A stretch of 64,000 bases of DNA, taken from NCBI GenBank assembly GCA_963741205.1, contig CAVUHW010000012.1, positions 64,001-128,000 of the forward strand, read 5' to 3'. The position numbers and the translations under genes were made by a program. The notes under the pieces are model-generated. The model was not told where the DNA came from, searched no databases, and saw only the letters and a list, made by a program, of their open reading frames with translations. The DNA comes from Nitrospirota bacterium (lineage in GTDB: Bacteria; Nitrospirota; UBA9217). Shown here piece after piece: positions 23,999 through 35,422 of this stretch (positions within the stretch are counted from its first letter, which is position 1; every line of letters begins with the position of its first letter).

Positions 23999-25984
23999 TC
24001 ACGCCTTGATCTCAACCGTGCTCCCCTTCTTTGCGAGGTACTCCTTCAAATTCGGGAACTTGTCCTTCATGTGCGGAATATGCATCGCCATCATGAATTC
24101 CCTTTCGAAGGCCGGGTCCGTGGCGATCTCGACGAATTCGACCCAGCGCGCCCGCTCATTCGCCTCTATGCGCTTGCCCCGGTTCAGGAGCGCCATGCGC
24201 GAACCGTCGCCGGCCGCGTTGCCCACGGCGTAGATCTTGTCGAGGGGCAGTCGGGGAACATGCCGAGCGTCAGCGATGCCTCGCGGTCGATGTGGCTCCC
24301 GAAGGCGCCGGCAAGGATAACGCGGTCGAGCTGTGGTGATGCCGAGCTTCTTCATCATGAGCTTCGCGCCCGTGTAGAGCGCGCCCTTGGCGAGCTGGAG
24401 CGCGCGCACGTCGCCCTGGGTGATGGTGATGTCCTGGCCGATGGAGGTCTCCGTTGCCCAGGCGAGGACATACTCGGGCTTGCCGTCGGCGTCCTTCCTG
24501 ACCCGCGGCGTGCCCAGGTCCATCACGAACCTGCCGCTCTTGTCGATGATGCCGGCCTTGAACATCTCGGCGACCACCTGGATGATGCCCGAACCGCAGA
24601 GGCCCTTCGCATCCACCTTCTGGATATGCGTGTGCCAGTCCGCCTTGCCGATGACCTTGTAGCGCGGTTCCTTCGTCGCGGGGTCGATCTCCACGGTCTC
24701 GATGGCGCCGGGGGCCGCCCGCATGCCGAACTTGATCTGGGCGCCCTCGAAGGCCGGTCCGGTGGCGCAGGACGTGGAGCAGACCTTGTCCCGGTTGCCC
24801 ATGAGCAGTTCGCCGTTCGTGCCGATGTCGATGATCAGCACCTTCTCGTCCTGGTTATAGGGTTCCTCGGCGATCAGGACGCCCACGTTGTCGGCGCCCA
24901 CGAAGCCCGCCTCGATGGGCAGCACATGGATGTAGGCGGCGGGATTGATCTGGAGGCCCAGGTCGCGCGCCTTGATGTCGAGCGAGCTCTGGACCGCGGG
25001 GATGAAGGGCGACCGGCCGATGTACTCGGGGTTCAGGCCCAGGAAGATGTGGTGCATGGCCGTGTTGAACACGATCGTGAGGTCGTCGATGACATATCCG
25101 GGGTTCGGCCCGTCCTTGTTGATGTCGCGTCACAACGCGCTCGATGATCTCGTTCAGGCCCTGGATGATCGCTTTCTGCATGGTCTCCAGGCCCACGCCG
25201 GGATTGCTCATGGCATAGGTGATGCGGGACATCACGTCCTCGCCGTAGGGCACCTGGGGGTTCATCATGGACTCGGTGTTCACCACCTTGCCGGTGTTCA
25301 GGTCCGTCAGGTAGCCCACGCAGGTCGTCGTGCCGATGTCCACGGCAAGCCCGTAGCTCTCCTCGACGAACCCCGGCTCCGCCTTGATGATCTCCTTGTC
25401 CATCCAGACGGTGACCGTGGCCTTCCATCCGCCTTTGCGAATCACGTCCTGGAGGTCCTTCAAGACCAGATAATCGAAGGTGAGGCCCTTGAGCCCGTAG
25501 TCGTCCTCAAGGAACTTCAGGACCCGTTCCCAGTCCCCGGTCGTCATGTCGTGGAGCGTGGGAGGGGTGAGCTCGACGTTGTATTTTTTCACGGCCGGAT
25601 CGAGCTTGATCGTGAGCTCTTTGGCCGCCTTCCGGACGACCTGCTTGCCCGCGCGGGAACGCTCGGGCACGAAGACCTTGATGTCGCCCCGGATCTCGCT
25701 CTGGCAGGACAGTCTGATGCCGGGCCCGTCCTGGGGCTTGATGTGCTTCATCTCGTCGGGCGACGGCACGGCAGGGGAGAGTGGGCCATGCCCGAATCGA
25801 TGTTGTCCTTCTCGAAATAGCCTTCTTCGATCCTTACCTTGCACTTTCCGCAGACTTTTTTATTGCCGCAGAGCGCTTCGATATCAACGCCCAGGGCCTG
25901 GGCGGCCTCGAGGATGGTCTTGCCTTCCTCGATCTCGCCGCGCCTGCCCGCAGGCTGAAATATGACCTTGTGTTTCTTAATCAT
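23999..25984 (-). CDS. Reductive activator of corrinoid proteins (RACo/RamA-like, 2Fe-2S plus ASKHA; frameshifted)
   Basis: CGNKKVCGKC..RLSCQ, AVDIGTTT, NPQVPYGEDVMSRI, IDIGTNGE, ATGPAFEGA, GLCGSG. Confidence 0.92.
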
Positions 25985-26051
25985 GCAATTCCTCCTAATA
26001 CTAAATCATGAGAATTCACCACAGAGCACGAGGTAGCGAAAATGAGCGAAC

Positions 26052-26767
26052 TCAGAAGTAAGACACCTTTCTAGATTCGCGCCTCGATTCCGGGCTGATG
26101 TCTCCGTGATCTCCGCGTCTCCTGCTTCGCGATCTTTTTCGCGTTTCTCTTCTCCCATAGGGGCAGATGTTGATGCACAGCCCGCAGTTGGGTTTGCCGT
26201 CCGTGGCCCGCTTGGCCTTCTTATGACTCCTGCAGGCGTCGAGCCTCACGAGCTCCACAAAGGGAAGGGACCGGGACCATTCCGCGCCCGTGATCGCCTT
26301 CGACGGACAGTAGTCCACGCAGAGCGAGCAACTCGCCGCACAGACTGTGTTCGATCGGCGCGTCCGGCTCGAAGCGGCGCGTCGGTCAGCACCGTGCCAG
26401 GGACAGCCGCGGGCCGTAGTCGGGGCTGATGAGGAGCCCGTTCTTCCCGATCCAGCCCAGCCCCGCGGAGGTGGCCGCCATCTTGTGGTTGAACAGCGAG
26501 TAGAGCTTCGAAATGAACGTGCCCTTCTTCCGGTCCGAGTCCGGCGGGATGGCCAGCGTGCGGTACCCCCGGGATTTCAGGAACCGCACGGCGCGCTTCT
26601 GGAGCTTCATGAGGAGGCTCAAGCGTGTCCTCATTCAGCCTGCGGTCCACGCCGATGGACACGGCCTGCTCCAGATGGGCGATCTCGCCGCTCATATGGC
26701 CCCGGAGACCGGCAAACCCGACGACGTCGGCGCCGTGGTCCAGCAGCTCTTTCCTGAGCGAGGTTCT

Positions 26768-26771
<4 letters not shown>
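26052..26771 (-). CDS. QueG/reductive-dehalogenase-like Fe-S protein (frameshifted)
   Basis: HKMAATSAGLGWIGKNGLLISPDYGPRL, CGECSLCVDYCP and CGLCINICP. Confidence 0.75.
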
Positions 26772-27464
<693 letters not shown>

Positions 27465-27468
27465 GGGA

Positions 27469-28496
27469 TTACCTCCTGTAATTTCTGACTTCATCCATCA
27501 TCGCCTTGAAATTTTCGGCCGGCACCGTGGGCCAGATGTCGCACCCGGGCCAGACCGCGCTCACGCCGTCGTCCATGCATTTCTTGACGGTCTGGCGCAC
27601 GAGGTCCGGCGTTCCCGCCACCAGCACATTGTAGGGGTCGTAGTTCCCGAAGACGAGCGCCTTGGGGCCGAGCTTCTTGCGCGTCTCGGCGACGTCGTTC
27701 TTCTGGTCCACGCTGATCGCCTTCGCGCCGCTCTCGGCCATGAAGGGAACGATGTCGTTCGTCTTGCCGCAGATGTGGATCGCGCTCGGCACGGTGATCT
27801 TCTCGAAGATCTTCTTGAGGTAGGGCAGGATGAGGCTCTTGAACACGCGGGGGCAGAGCACGTCGGAAGTCGCGCCCATCTCCCTGACGGTGATGTAGTC
27901 CACGCCGGCCTTCTGGTACTCCCCTGCCACCTGGATGATCACGTCCGTCAGCTGGTCGAGCAATTTCCCGATCTTGTCCGGCTTCTTGAAGGACAGCTTC
28001 AGGAGGTCGTTCAGCTCCATGATCTGGCCCGCGAGCGTGAAGGGACCGAGCACGTAGGAGCCCACGGCCGCCTCGCCGCCGATGTCCTTCTTGATCAGCT
28101 TGATCGCCTCGACCATGAGCGGCACCCTGCCCCGCTTGGTGAGGTCGGACGGGATGGAGAGCTCCATCTCGGCCTCGTTGTGGATCAGCTTTTTCTTGAT
28201 CGTGGGGTACAGCAGGTCCTCGGAATGGGCATACACATTGATCTCGCACCCCATGGCCTCGGCCTCGATGCAGAGGTCGAAGGGCGCGACCGCGCATTCG
28301 AACCCGAACAGCTTGTACGTAGTAGCCGCCGCCGCGGCCATCATCTTTGCGTCAAGGTGCGTTGCCGCGAATTCTGGTTCAGCGATTTCAGCCCCTCGGT
28401 GGTCACGTTGCCCATGCCGCTGAAGCACGGCGGCCGGTCCACTTCCTCGCCGGCGAACATCTTCAGCACCCGTTCTCTTGAATTCATTGTTGTCAT
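27469..28496 (-). CDS. MtaA/CmuA-family methylcobamide:thiol (CoM-type) methyltransferase
   Basis: PFDLCIEAEAMG, GPFTLA, Zn motif HICG..PGCD; N-terminal frameshift (MTTMNSRERVLK). Confidence 0.88.
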
Positions 28497-28630
28497 GCAA
28501 TCTCCTTCCTGATACGAAAATAAAATTTATTGTAAATTGCAGATTGAAAGTTGGAATTACATTTTCAGAGATTCAGTTTTGTAAAATTCAATTTCGAATA
28601 CTCCGCTATTCAATCGGCGTCTGTCAGCGC

Positions 28631-29577
28631 CTACTTTCTCGCTGCTCCCGAGGTCAATTTTCCCAGGAAATCCGAAAAATACTTCTTGATCGGCAGATTG
28701 GGATTGTCCGATATCTTATGCGTCTCGTCATACACCAGCGTGGAAAGCAGGACATGCGCCGCCGCCACTGCCGGGATGATCCGCGGCATCGTTACGATGG
28801 GGCCGCAGAAATTGAAATCGCTCCACAGCGCCGAAGCCATGCCCTGGACCACGGCGTCCATGGCCTTGAACCCGTCGAGGCTCCAGATGGTCTTCGCCTC
28901 CTTCCACATGTGCGTGCCGTTCGAGTAGGCGCCGCCGCAGGGGAGCCCCAGCTTCTCCTTGATCATCCGGTTGGCGACGAGCGAGAACGACGTGGCGGGC
29001 AGGTTCATGACCGAGGTGTCGACGATGACGGTTTCGAAGCTGTCGGCGCCCTGGCGAGGATGTTCTCCAGGGACTTGAGCCGGCCGGCGGGCGACTGGTC
29101 CTGTCGTCGAAGGCCTGTACCACGACGTGCTTGATCCCGAGGTCTTTGAGCTTCTGGACCTGGCCCTTGATGTCCTTGTCCCAGGGGGTGATGCTGTTGT
29201 ACAGGAACTTGTCCTGCAGTCCCAGCTTGGCGACATATTCCGTTGCCTGCGCGCGTTTTTCCGCGACCCACATGTCGATGCCGAAGGGCATGGTCGGTCG
29301 TCTCGCGGTAAAAGTCGATGTAGATCTTCGCCTCTTCCGGCGAGTTGGCGACCATGGCCACCATGGACGGGATGCCGGTGGAGGCCGAAAGCTGCTCCAT
29401 CGTTTTGATGAGTTCCGCGGCCTTCGCGCGGTCGAAATTCCCTTTCCGGTCGGTCACGATCCGGTCCTTGTTGTGGAACATGGACGCGATCTGAAGCGGC
29501 GGATTTTCGCCCGGCTGCCCGCCGACCTTGATCCCGCCAGAGTTGAATGTCTTTTGATCTTTTTTAAATTGAAACAT
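28631..29577 (-). CDS. MtrH/MtgA-family pterin methyltransferase (frameshifted)
   Basis: MFQFKKDQK..GGQPGENP..SMF, PFGID, YNSI, G.PCGGAYSN and GPI motifs. Confidence 0.85.
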
Positions 29578-29669
29578 TTACCGTCCTCGCATTATGCCGC
29601 CATTCCGGACTTGATCGGGGAATGACCGATAAGAATAGTCTGAGCAAGAGAGTAACGAATTATGAGTCC

Positions 29670-29705
29670 AAAAAAACGGGGGAGCCATTCGAAACGCTCC
29701 CCCGT
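29670..29705 (-). terminator. Rho-independent terminator after the CMD-family gene
   Basis: Minus strand ACGGGGGAGC-loop-GCTCCCCCGT followed by a T-tract. Confidence 0.7.
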
Positions 29706-29718
29706 CGATAGTTCATGG

Positions 29719-30161
29719 TTAGAACACGCCGTGGTCGAACTTGGGCTGCGGCAGGTACTCCCACTTCTCGCCCTTGCGGAACTTGGCTTCGATATCGAGG
29801 CACTTCAGGGCATACTCGAAGGCGTAGGGGATGCCGGGTCCGCCGGGCACGAAGCCGCCGAGGATCATGCCGACCGAGGCGGCCTCGAAGATCTCGCCCG
29901 TGGTCGCGCCCGCGTTGATCGCGGGATCACATGGATGATGCAGCGCGGCGAGCAATAGGCGACGCCGCCGGACATGAACATCAGCTCCTTGTACTTGCGG
30001 GAAAGGGCGCCGTCGCCGAAGATGCTCGCGTAGAAATCGGCGAAGGTCCTGCCCGGTTCGGGCGTGACGGTGTTGATGATCTGGAACATGCGGGGAACGA
30101 AACCGCACTGCTTCTTCATGTAGTCGTTCACTTCTTCCAACGTCATTTTCTTGTCAGCCAT
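29719..30161 (-). CDS. Carboxymuconolactone decarboxylase/AhpD-family protein (frameshift)
   Basis: GALSRKYKELM..CSPRCIIHV..GATTGEIFEA. Confidence 0.8.
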
Positions 30162-30282
30162 TTTTGTTCCCTCCCCTTGCCCGGATGCGCTCTGCGCCCG
30201 GGAAAACAGTTTTTTCAACTCCTCCAAAATACCCACTGAATCGACCTCCTTTCACGAAACCGAACCGTATCACCTCCTTCGT

Positions 30283-30472
30283 AACCACAGGCGGCTGCGC
30301 CGCACACGGTAAAGATTAAAACCAGCCCCGACGAAAGCGTTCTGCCCGAGTTATTATTATCGTGTTCATCCGCATGCACCCAGCGATTACGAGTGGCACG
30401 TAACCTGCTCTTGCGAAAGCGCGGCCATAAACGAGTGCGGGGTGTGAGTCACGCGAAGCGGGACCCGTGGTT
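30283..30472. repeat. AACCAC..GTGGTT element, copy 2
   Basis: AACCACAGG-hairpin-ACACGGTAA ... GTGTG-hairpin-CCCGTGGTT. Confidence 0.55.
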
Positions 30473-30476
30473 GCAA

Positions 30477-31529
30477 TCACAGTTTCCACTCCAGCGCCAC
30501 GTCGTGGAACTTCCGGAGATTCTCGTAGGGAATCGTCGGCGGGATGTCGCACCCGGGCACCAGGATGAACCCGCCGTCCTTGCCGGCGACCTCGATGACC
30601 TCGCGGCAGGCCTTCTCCACCCCCGCGACGTCCTGGTTGAGCAACACGTGCACCGGCGCGACGTTGCCCCCGAAGCTCATCTTCCCCTGCAGCGCCTCCT
30701 TGGCCTTGGCGATGTCCACCTTCTGGTCGAAGAAGATCGTGCTCGCCCCCGTGAGCGGGAACAGATCCAGCCGGTCGCTGGTGTTCCCGCAGATGTGCAG
30801 GATCGAGTGCACGCCCTTGCCCTTGGCCCAGCCGGTGAGCTTCTTCAGGCCCGGCACCGCGAAGCGCTCCATCTGCTTCTTGTTGATCAGATCTCCCGAG
30901 GCGGTCGGGTCAGCGATGCTGATGCACTCGAGGCCGTCCTTTACCAGCGGCTCGTAGAGGTGGATCAGCAGGTCGGCGCAGAAATCGACCATCTTCTCGA
31001 CGAACGCCGGCTTCTTGAAGGTCGCCTTCATGAACTGCTCCTCGCCGACGAAGCGCGCCGCAAGGGTGAACGGCCCCCAGCAGGTCATCGTCACGAGGTA
31101 GGTGTCGCCGATCTTCTCCCGGACGCGCCGGGTCGCCTCGAGCACCGTCTGGACGACCGGCTCGCGGTGGACGTCGGCGATGTCGAGCTTCGCCAGGTCC
31201 TCCTCGGAGTTGACGAAGTGGGTGGTCATGTCGGGAGCGCCCATCTCGCGGTACTTGATCCCGACCCCGAAGGCCTTGCCGAGCGCCGAGGCGTGGAAGT
31301 TGTTGAAGCCCGAGCCGACGTAGACGACGTCGCTTCGGATTCGCGCCGCCTCCGCCACGCACATATCGGTCATCTTCTGCGGATCGTGGGCGAGCGCCTC
31401 GAAGGTCGTCCCGAAGTCCTTGATCGACCACATCCCCGCGCCGAAGAGGGTCACGGGAATCCGGTCGCCCTTGCCGCCCTCAAATGCCTTGAGTATCACT
31501 TCCTTCGGTTTCATAGCATCTCCCTTCAT
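30477..31529 (-). CDS. Second MtaA/URO-D-family Zn methyltransferase
   Basis: Intact 350 aa; WGPFTLA, ADPTASG, LHICGN and GFILVPGCD. Confidence 0.88.
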   Translation of the reverse strand: MKGDAMKPKEVILKAFEGGKGDRIPVTLFGAGMWSIKDFGTTFEALAHDPQKMTDMCVAEAARIRSDVVYVGSGFNNFHASALGKAFGVGIKYREMGAPDMTTHFVNSEEDLAKLDIADVHREPVVQTVLEATRRVREKIGDTYLVTMTCWGPFTLAARFVGEEQFMKATFKKPAFVEKMVDFCADLLIHLYEPLVKDGLECISIADPTASGDLINKKQMERFAVPGLKKLTGWAKGKGVHSILHICGNTSDRLDLFPLTGASTIFFDQKVDIAKAKEALQGKMSFGGNVAPVHVLLNQDVAGVEKACREVIEVAGKDGGFILVPGCDIPPTIPYENLRKFHDVALEWKL

Positions 31530-31636
31530 GAATAAAGTAGAATCAAACCTTCAGCCCGCTTGGGGCCGCCATCATTTAATGTAGCACAAATAGAGTTCCT
31601 GCGTGTATGGGCTGACAGCAACGGTCCTAATGGGCT

Positions 31637-31964
31637 TCAGACTGCGATACTGTGGATCGTGTGCTTGAACTCTTCGAGATCAACGGGCGTCTCGACGGAC
31701 GGCACATCCGCATCGACTGCCGCCCCCCACGACGAGCGTGGGCGTGCCCGGCGACACGGCCTTGATGATCTCCACCGCGTCCTCGGCGGACAGGCCGAAG
31801 GGCTCCGAATCGATGATGACGAAATCATATTTCCCGAACAGGACCTTTTGAACGGCGAGGGAGGGATGCTCGACGATTTCCACGTTGTAGCCTTCCTCGC
31901 GAAGGACACAGTAGAGGCTCTTGACCAGAATGGGATTGGAGGAACAGAGAATGATGTTCTTCAT
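31637..31964 (-). CDS. Atypical stand-alone receiver-domain protein (frameshift)
   Basis: Receiver-like fold pattern (IILCS..EGY.V..YDFVIID..P); N-terminal acidic pair absent. Confidence 0.6.
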
Positions 31965-31978
31965 GGCAGGGATTTAAC

Positions 31979-31994
31979 TGCATTTGCGATGCCA
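31979..31994 (-). promoter_or_regulatory. Sigma-54 (-24/-12) promoter
   Basis: Minus strand TGGCATCGCAAATGCA: GG-N10-GC spacing. Confidence 0.6.
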
Positions 31995-32338
31995 GGCAGT
32001 TGAGACGGTCGGTTCCGGCGCAGAAAGAGCAGGTGTGAATTGTTATTCGGGCAGTACCTGAAGATCGCGGTCCGGAGAACTTGTTTCCAGGCAGGATGGA
32101 TTCTCCGGAATTTCAGATAGTTTCCGTCTCTTTTATATATGAGCAGTTCCGGCAGGGCATCAGGGCAGTCGGGACAAGACCCGGCACCGGCAGGCGCGGC
32201 GATTAAGGACATGAATAAGAAACGTGCGGCGTCTGATGAAAAATGCCCCATGATGCGGGGCATTTTTCCTCACGATATCGGAGGAAATGCATAGTCAGGG
32301 GCCGGCATGGCTCGCGGGCTGGTTCCCCTCAATACGAA

Positions 32339-33518
32339 TCAGTCCCTCGAGTGGCACTTGTTGCAGAGTTCCTTCTGGTAGGTGGCAAACCGGGAGCTCG
32401 GCCGGTCATAAAAGGCCCTCTGCGTCTGGGCCGCCGTTCGTCCCTGAGCATATCGCGCGGGCGAGCCATTATCGGTACCCGGGTAAAGGCCTTTATAAAC
32501 GAGGAAAGTCGAGCTCATGTTCCATCTTGTGACCAGAGTCCCAGCCTGATGCATGCGCCCGGTGACAGGTGAGACACATCACCGTGGAATTGGAGTCGGG
32601 CCCCTGGAGATAGCTGCCATCGGTTTTTGCGTGCTGCGCGAGGATAGTTCTGTCATCGGTCCCTTCCTCGAACGGCACCAGGGACGTGTATGAAGTTTCG
32701 CTCCTGCCATTGATGTCTCCGGATTTGACGTATGTGTTGTAATTGGAAATAATCTTCGTGGTAAATCTGGCCTGAGCTCCGGCATGATGTACGTTCCCTG
32801 TTTGACGGTTTGTATGGCAATTCGTGCACCATTCCGCCATGCCCTTGCCGTAGGCGACCCTCGTATCCGTTTGAGCCTCAGGCCTGTTGTAGTCGCGCGG
32901 GGCAACCGCAACGGGCGGATCAACCGTGAAAATCATTCCGGGGACCGAACTTGTTTTATACCCGATGCCGCCGAGCATGCGATAGGCGCTTGCCGCAGCC
33001 GGATCTTTTACGATTTTGCCGTGTGGATCATGGCAACTCGTGCAGGAAAGCCGGTCCGAGGGATAGAGACCGCTCGGCGCCGTTAAATTTGTTCTGTCGG
33101 CCTCATATCCGTAGTCAAGTGCAACGATATTATGTCCGTGACGTTCTCCAAGGCTCCTTTCCGTTTGTCCCAAAAAAGTCCAGGAGTAGGTCACCTTTAA
33201 ATAGCCGAAGTCTCCGCCGGGCGTTAATTGAGAGGGCGGCGCACCTGCCCTGAGATCCTCGGTACTGGTCGCTACGTAAGAACCCGTTGGGATCCTGGTC
33301 CCCACCGGCGCCTGATGGCAGCGTAGGCAGGTAGAGCTTGCGTCAGACCGCTTTCAGGGAAGCGTTCTTATCTGCTATATGACACTCAAGGCACTCGCTG
33401 CTACTGCCCGTATGAAATGGGTCGCCGGGCTGAGATATGCTTCGCCGGGGCTGCACCAACAAATCATGACAAGACAGGTCATGATAGCAATCTCAAATAC
33501 TTTAAAGCCTTTTCCCAT
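32339..33518 (-). CDS. OmcS/OmcT-family hexaheme c-type cytochrome (frameshifted)
   Basis: Six CxxCH motifs (CLECH, CLRCH, CTSCH, CTNCH, CLTCH, CNKCH) plus OmcS-like blocks TPGGDFG, GHNIVA.DY, TRVAYG.GM.EWC, PFEEGT, CHRAHASG. Confidence 0.88.
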
Positions 33519-33810
33519 GCCGAGCCTCTTCATCGCTCCGTGTAGCAGGCCGGCCCTGCGCGGGGCTGCCATGCATCCCGGCGAGACCAACCCACAAAAA
33601 TTAACACCTAGAATATAACACATTTCATCATGGTTTTCCCGAACAATTGAAATGATACTATCATACCGCCAGGGTTATTGCAAACGCCGGGCTGGCGGGG
33701 GTCATCAGCCGAGTTTCTCCCCTTCGCACTCTCGGTGAACTTTTTATTAGAGTACCTGAGAAGGAATCAGAGAAGACCGATCAGCGGATGCGGGCCTGCC
33801 CTGCACAAAT

Positions 33811-33844
33811 AAAAAAGGGAGGAACCTTTCGTTCCTCCCTTTTT
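33811..33844 (-). terminator. Intrinsic terminator (bidirectional shape)
   Basis: AAAAAAGGGAGGAAC-CTTTC-GTTCCTCCCTTTTT. Confidence 0.8.
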
Positions 33845-33866
33845 GTTCTTTGTTCCGAAGCCGCGA

Positions 33867-35102
33867 TTAATGCGCGGATGCCGAAGCCTTTTCCGCCCTC
33901 AGCTTTGCCGCCTCATCCTTGATTTTCTGGAGTGTCTCCTTCATCGGCGCCCAGCCGTACCAGTGCATGTAATCGGGGTTCATGTGGAAGGCCCCCTCGA
34001 AGGCCCGCATCCGGTACTCGAGGAACATTACATAGAGGTCCTGCTCAACGGAGCTCTTTGCCTCGTAGAACTGCAGAAGATCGGGGGCCGTGGTCCAGTC
34101 CGCCGGCTTCGAGAGCACGCCGTCCTTGTACAGGCCCTGCACCACCCTGATCGCCTCGGCCATGACCTTGTCCGCTTCCTTCACCACGAGGTCCGCCTCG
34201 TCGAGCTGTTTTTTCGCATAGCCGGCGCCGTGGCACTTGGCGCAGATCGAGATCATCTTGTCTCGCTCCTTCTGGAACTCTTCCTTGGTAAGCCGGGCGA
34301 CCCTGCCCGCCTTCACGAGGTCGAGCCGGGCCGTGGGATTGCCCTTGTCGTCGAGCACGCCCAGGGCCTGCAGGATCGAGACGCGGTCGTTCAGCCAGTC
34401 TTTGTCGTCCTCAGGCAGACGGAGGGCAAGAAAGCCCCATGAGGTGATCACGTTGTGGTCGCCGCCGCTCATATGGCAGGTCTGGCAGGTGGGCGCGCGT
34501 TTGCTGTCCTTGCCTTCGATCTGCCAGATGGTGCCGTGCTTGGACGTCGACCACATCTCCCACTGGGGATGGTCGAAGCCCATGTGGCAGGTCTGGCAGG
34601 CGCGCGGGTCCTGGGCCTCGGACTTCTTGAAAGAATGCCTGGTGTGGCATGAGTCGCATTGGGCATGGCCGTAGCGGATCTGCGATTTTTCCGTGTCGGA
34701 CTTGGCGCCGATCTTGTGGCAGCTCGAGCAGCCTTTGTATCCCTCGCCGGCAACGGCCCTGGGCTGGTGGCCCATCATGGGCATGGAGCTCGAAGCTATC
34801 CAGGCGAGGTTGTGCTTGCCCGCCTTGAACTGGTCCGCCTGCTTGTTGTGGCAGCGGGCGCAGGTTTCCGGCGTCGGCATCTGCGCGAGTTTCGCGTCGT
34901 CCATCTTCATGTGGGCCGAGCCGTGGCAGGCCGAGCAGTCGATGCCTTTTTTCCCCATCTTTCCCTCGAGGTGCTGCTGTACGATGCCGGGCGTCACCTT
35001 CTTGTGACACTCGACGCAGGCGCTCTGTTTCGGCGCAGCCGACGCTGCCATGCCGAAGAGCAGAACAATACCGAATACGAACAAAATCCTGAGCTGCTTC
35101 AT
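33867..35102 (-). CDS. Octaheme HAO-family cytochrome c
   Basis: Signal peptide, eight CxxCH motifs, CHTRHSF, CHMGFDHPQWE..SKHG and GAFHMNPDY. Confidence 0.88.
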   Translation of the reverse strand: MKQLRILFVFGIVLLFGMAASAAPKQSACVECHKKVTPGIVQQHLEGKMGKKGIDCSACHGSAHMKMDDAKLAQMPTPETCARCHNKQADQFKAGKHNLAWIASSSMPMMGHQPRAVAGEGYKGCSSCHKIGAKSDTEKSQIRYGHAQCDSCHTRHSFKKSEAQDPRACQTCHMGFDHPQWEMWSTSKHGTIWQIEGKDSKRAPTCQTCHMSGGDHNVITSWGFLALRLPEDDKDWLNDRVSILQALGVLDDKGNPTARLDLVKAGRVARLTKEEFQKERDKMISICAKCHGAGYAKKQLDEADLVVKEADKVMAEAIRVVQGLYKDGVLSKPADWTTAPDLLQFYEAKSSVEQDLYVMFLEYRMRAFEGAFHMNPDYMHWYGWAPMKETLQKIKDEAAKLRAEKASASAH

Positions 35103-35422
35103 GCTGTGTTTCCTCCTTTTGGTTTTATGATTTCAATCAAGGCACATAGGGATCAATTCGCGGCGCTTGCATGTCGCAAGCAGCATTAACAGTGTAGCGC
35201 GTTTTTTACCGAACTGCGGGACGGGATGATTTGCATGAACCGTCATACTCTATAGGAAGGCGGACAAAACAGGTATGATACGGATCATATTCCTGAGGGT
35301 TGGTGTTCTGGTTTGGACGGGGGATATTTTTTATATTACATTTTTCCGGTGATGCAGTACAATGTGCATTGAGGCGCCATGGGTGGTGTTGGCGATATCA
35401 TCACTGAGGGGCCGGGGAAGGT

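Noticed and set aside
33519-33810. GEMM-I (c-di-GMP/cGAMP) riboswitch upstream of the omcS-like gene
   Set aside because: I could not find the GEMM consensus elements by eye; an Rfam search would settle it.
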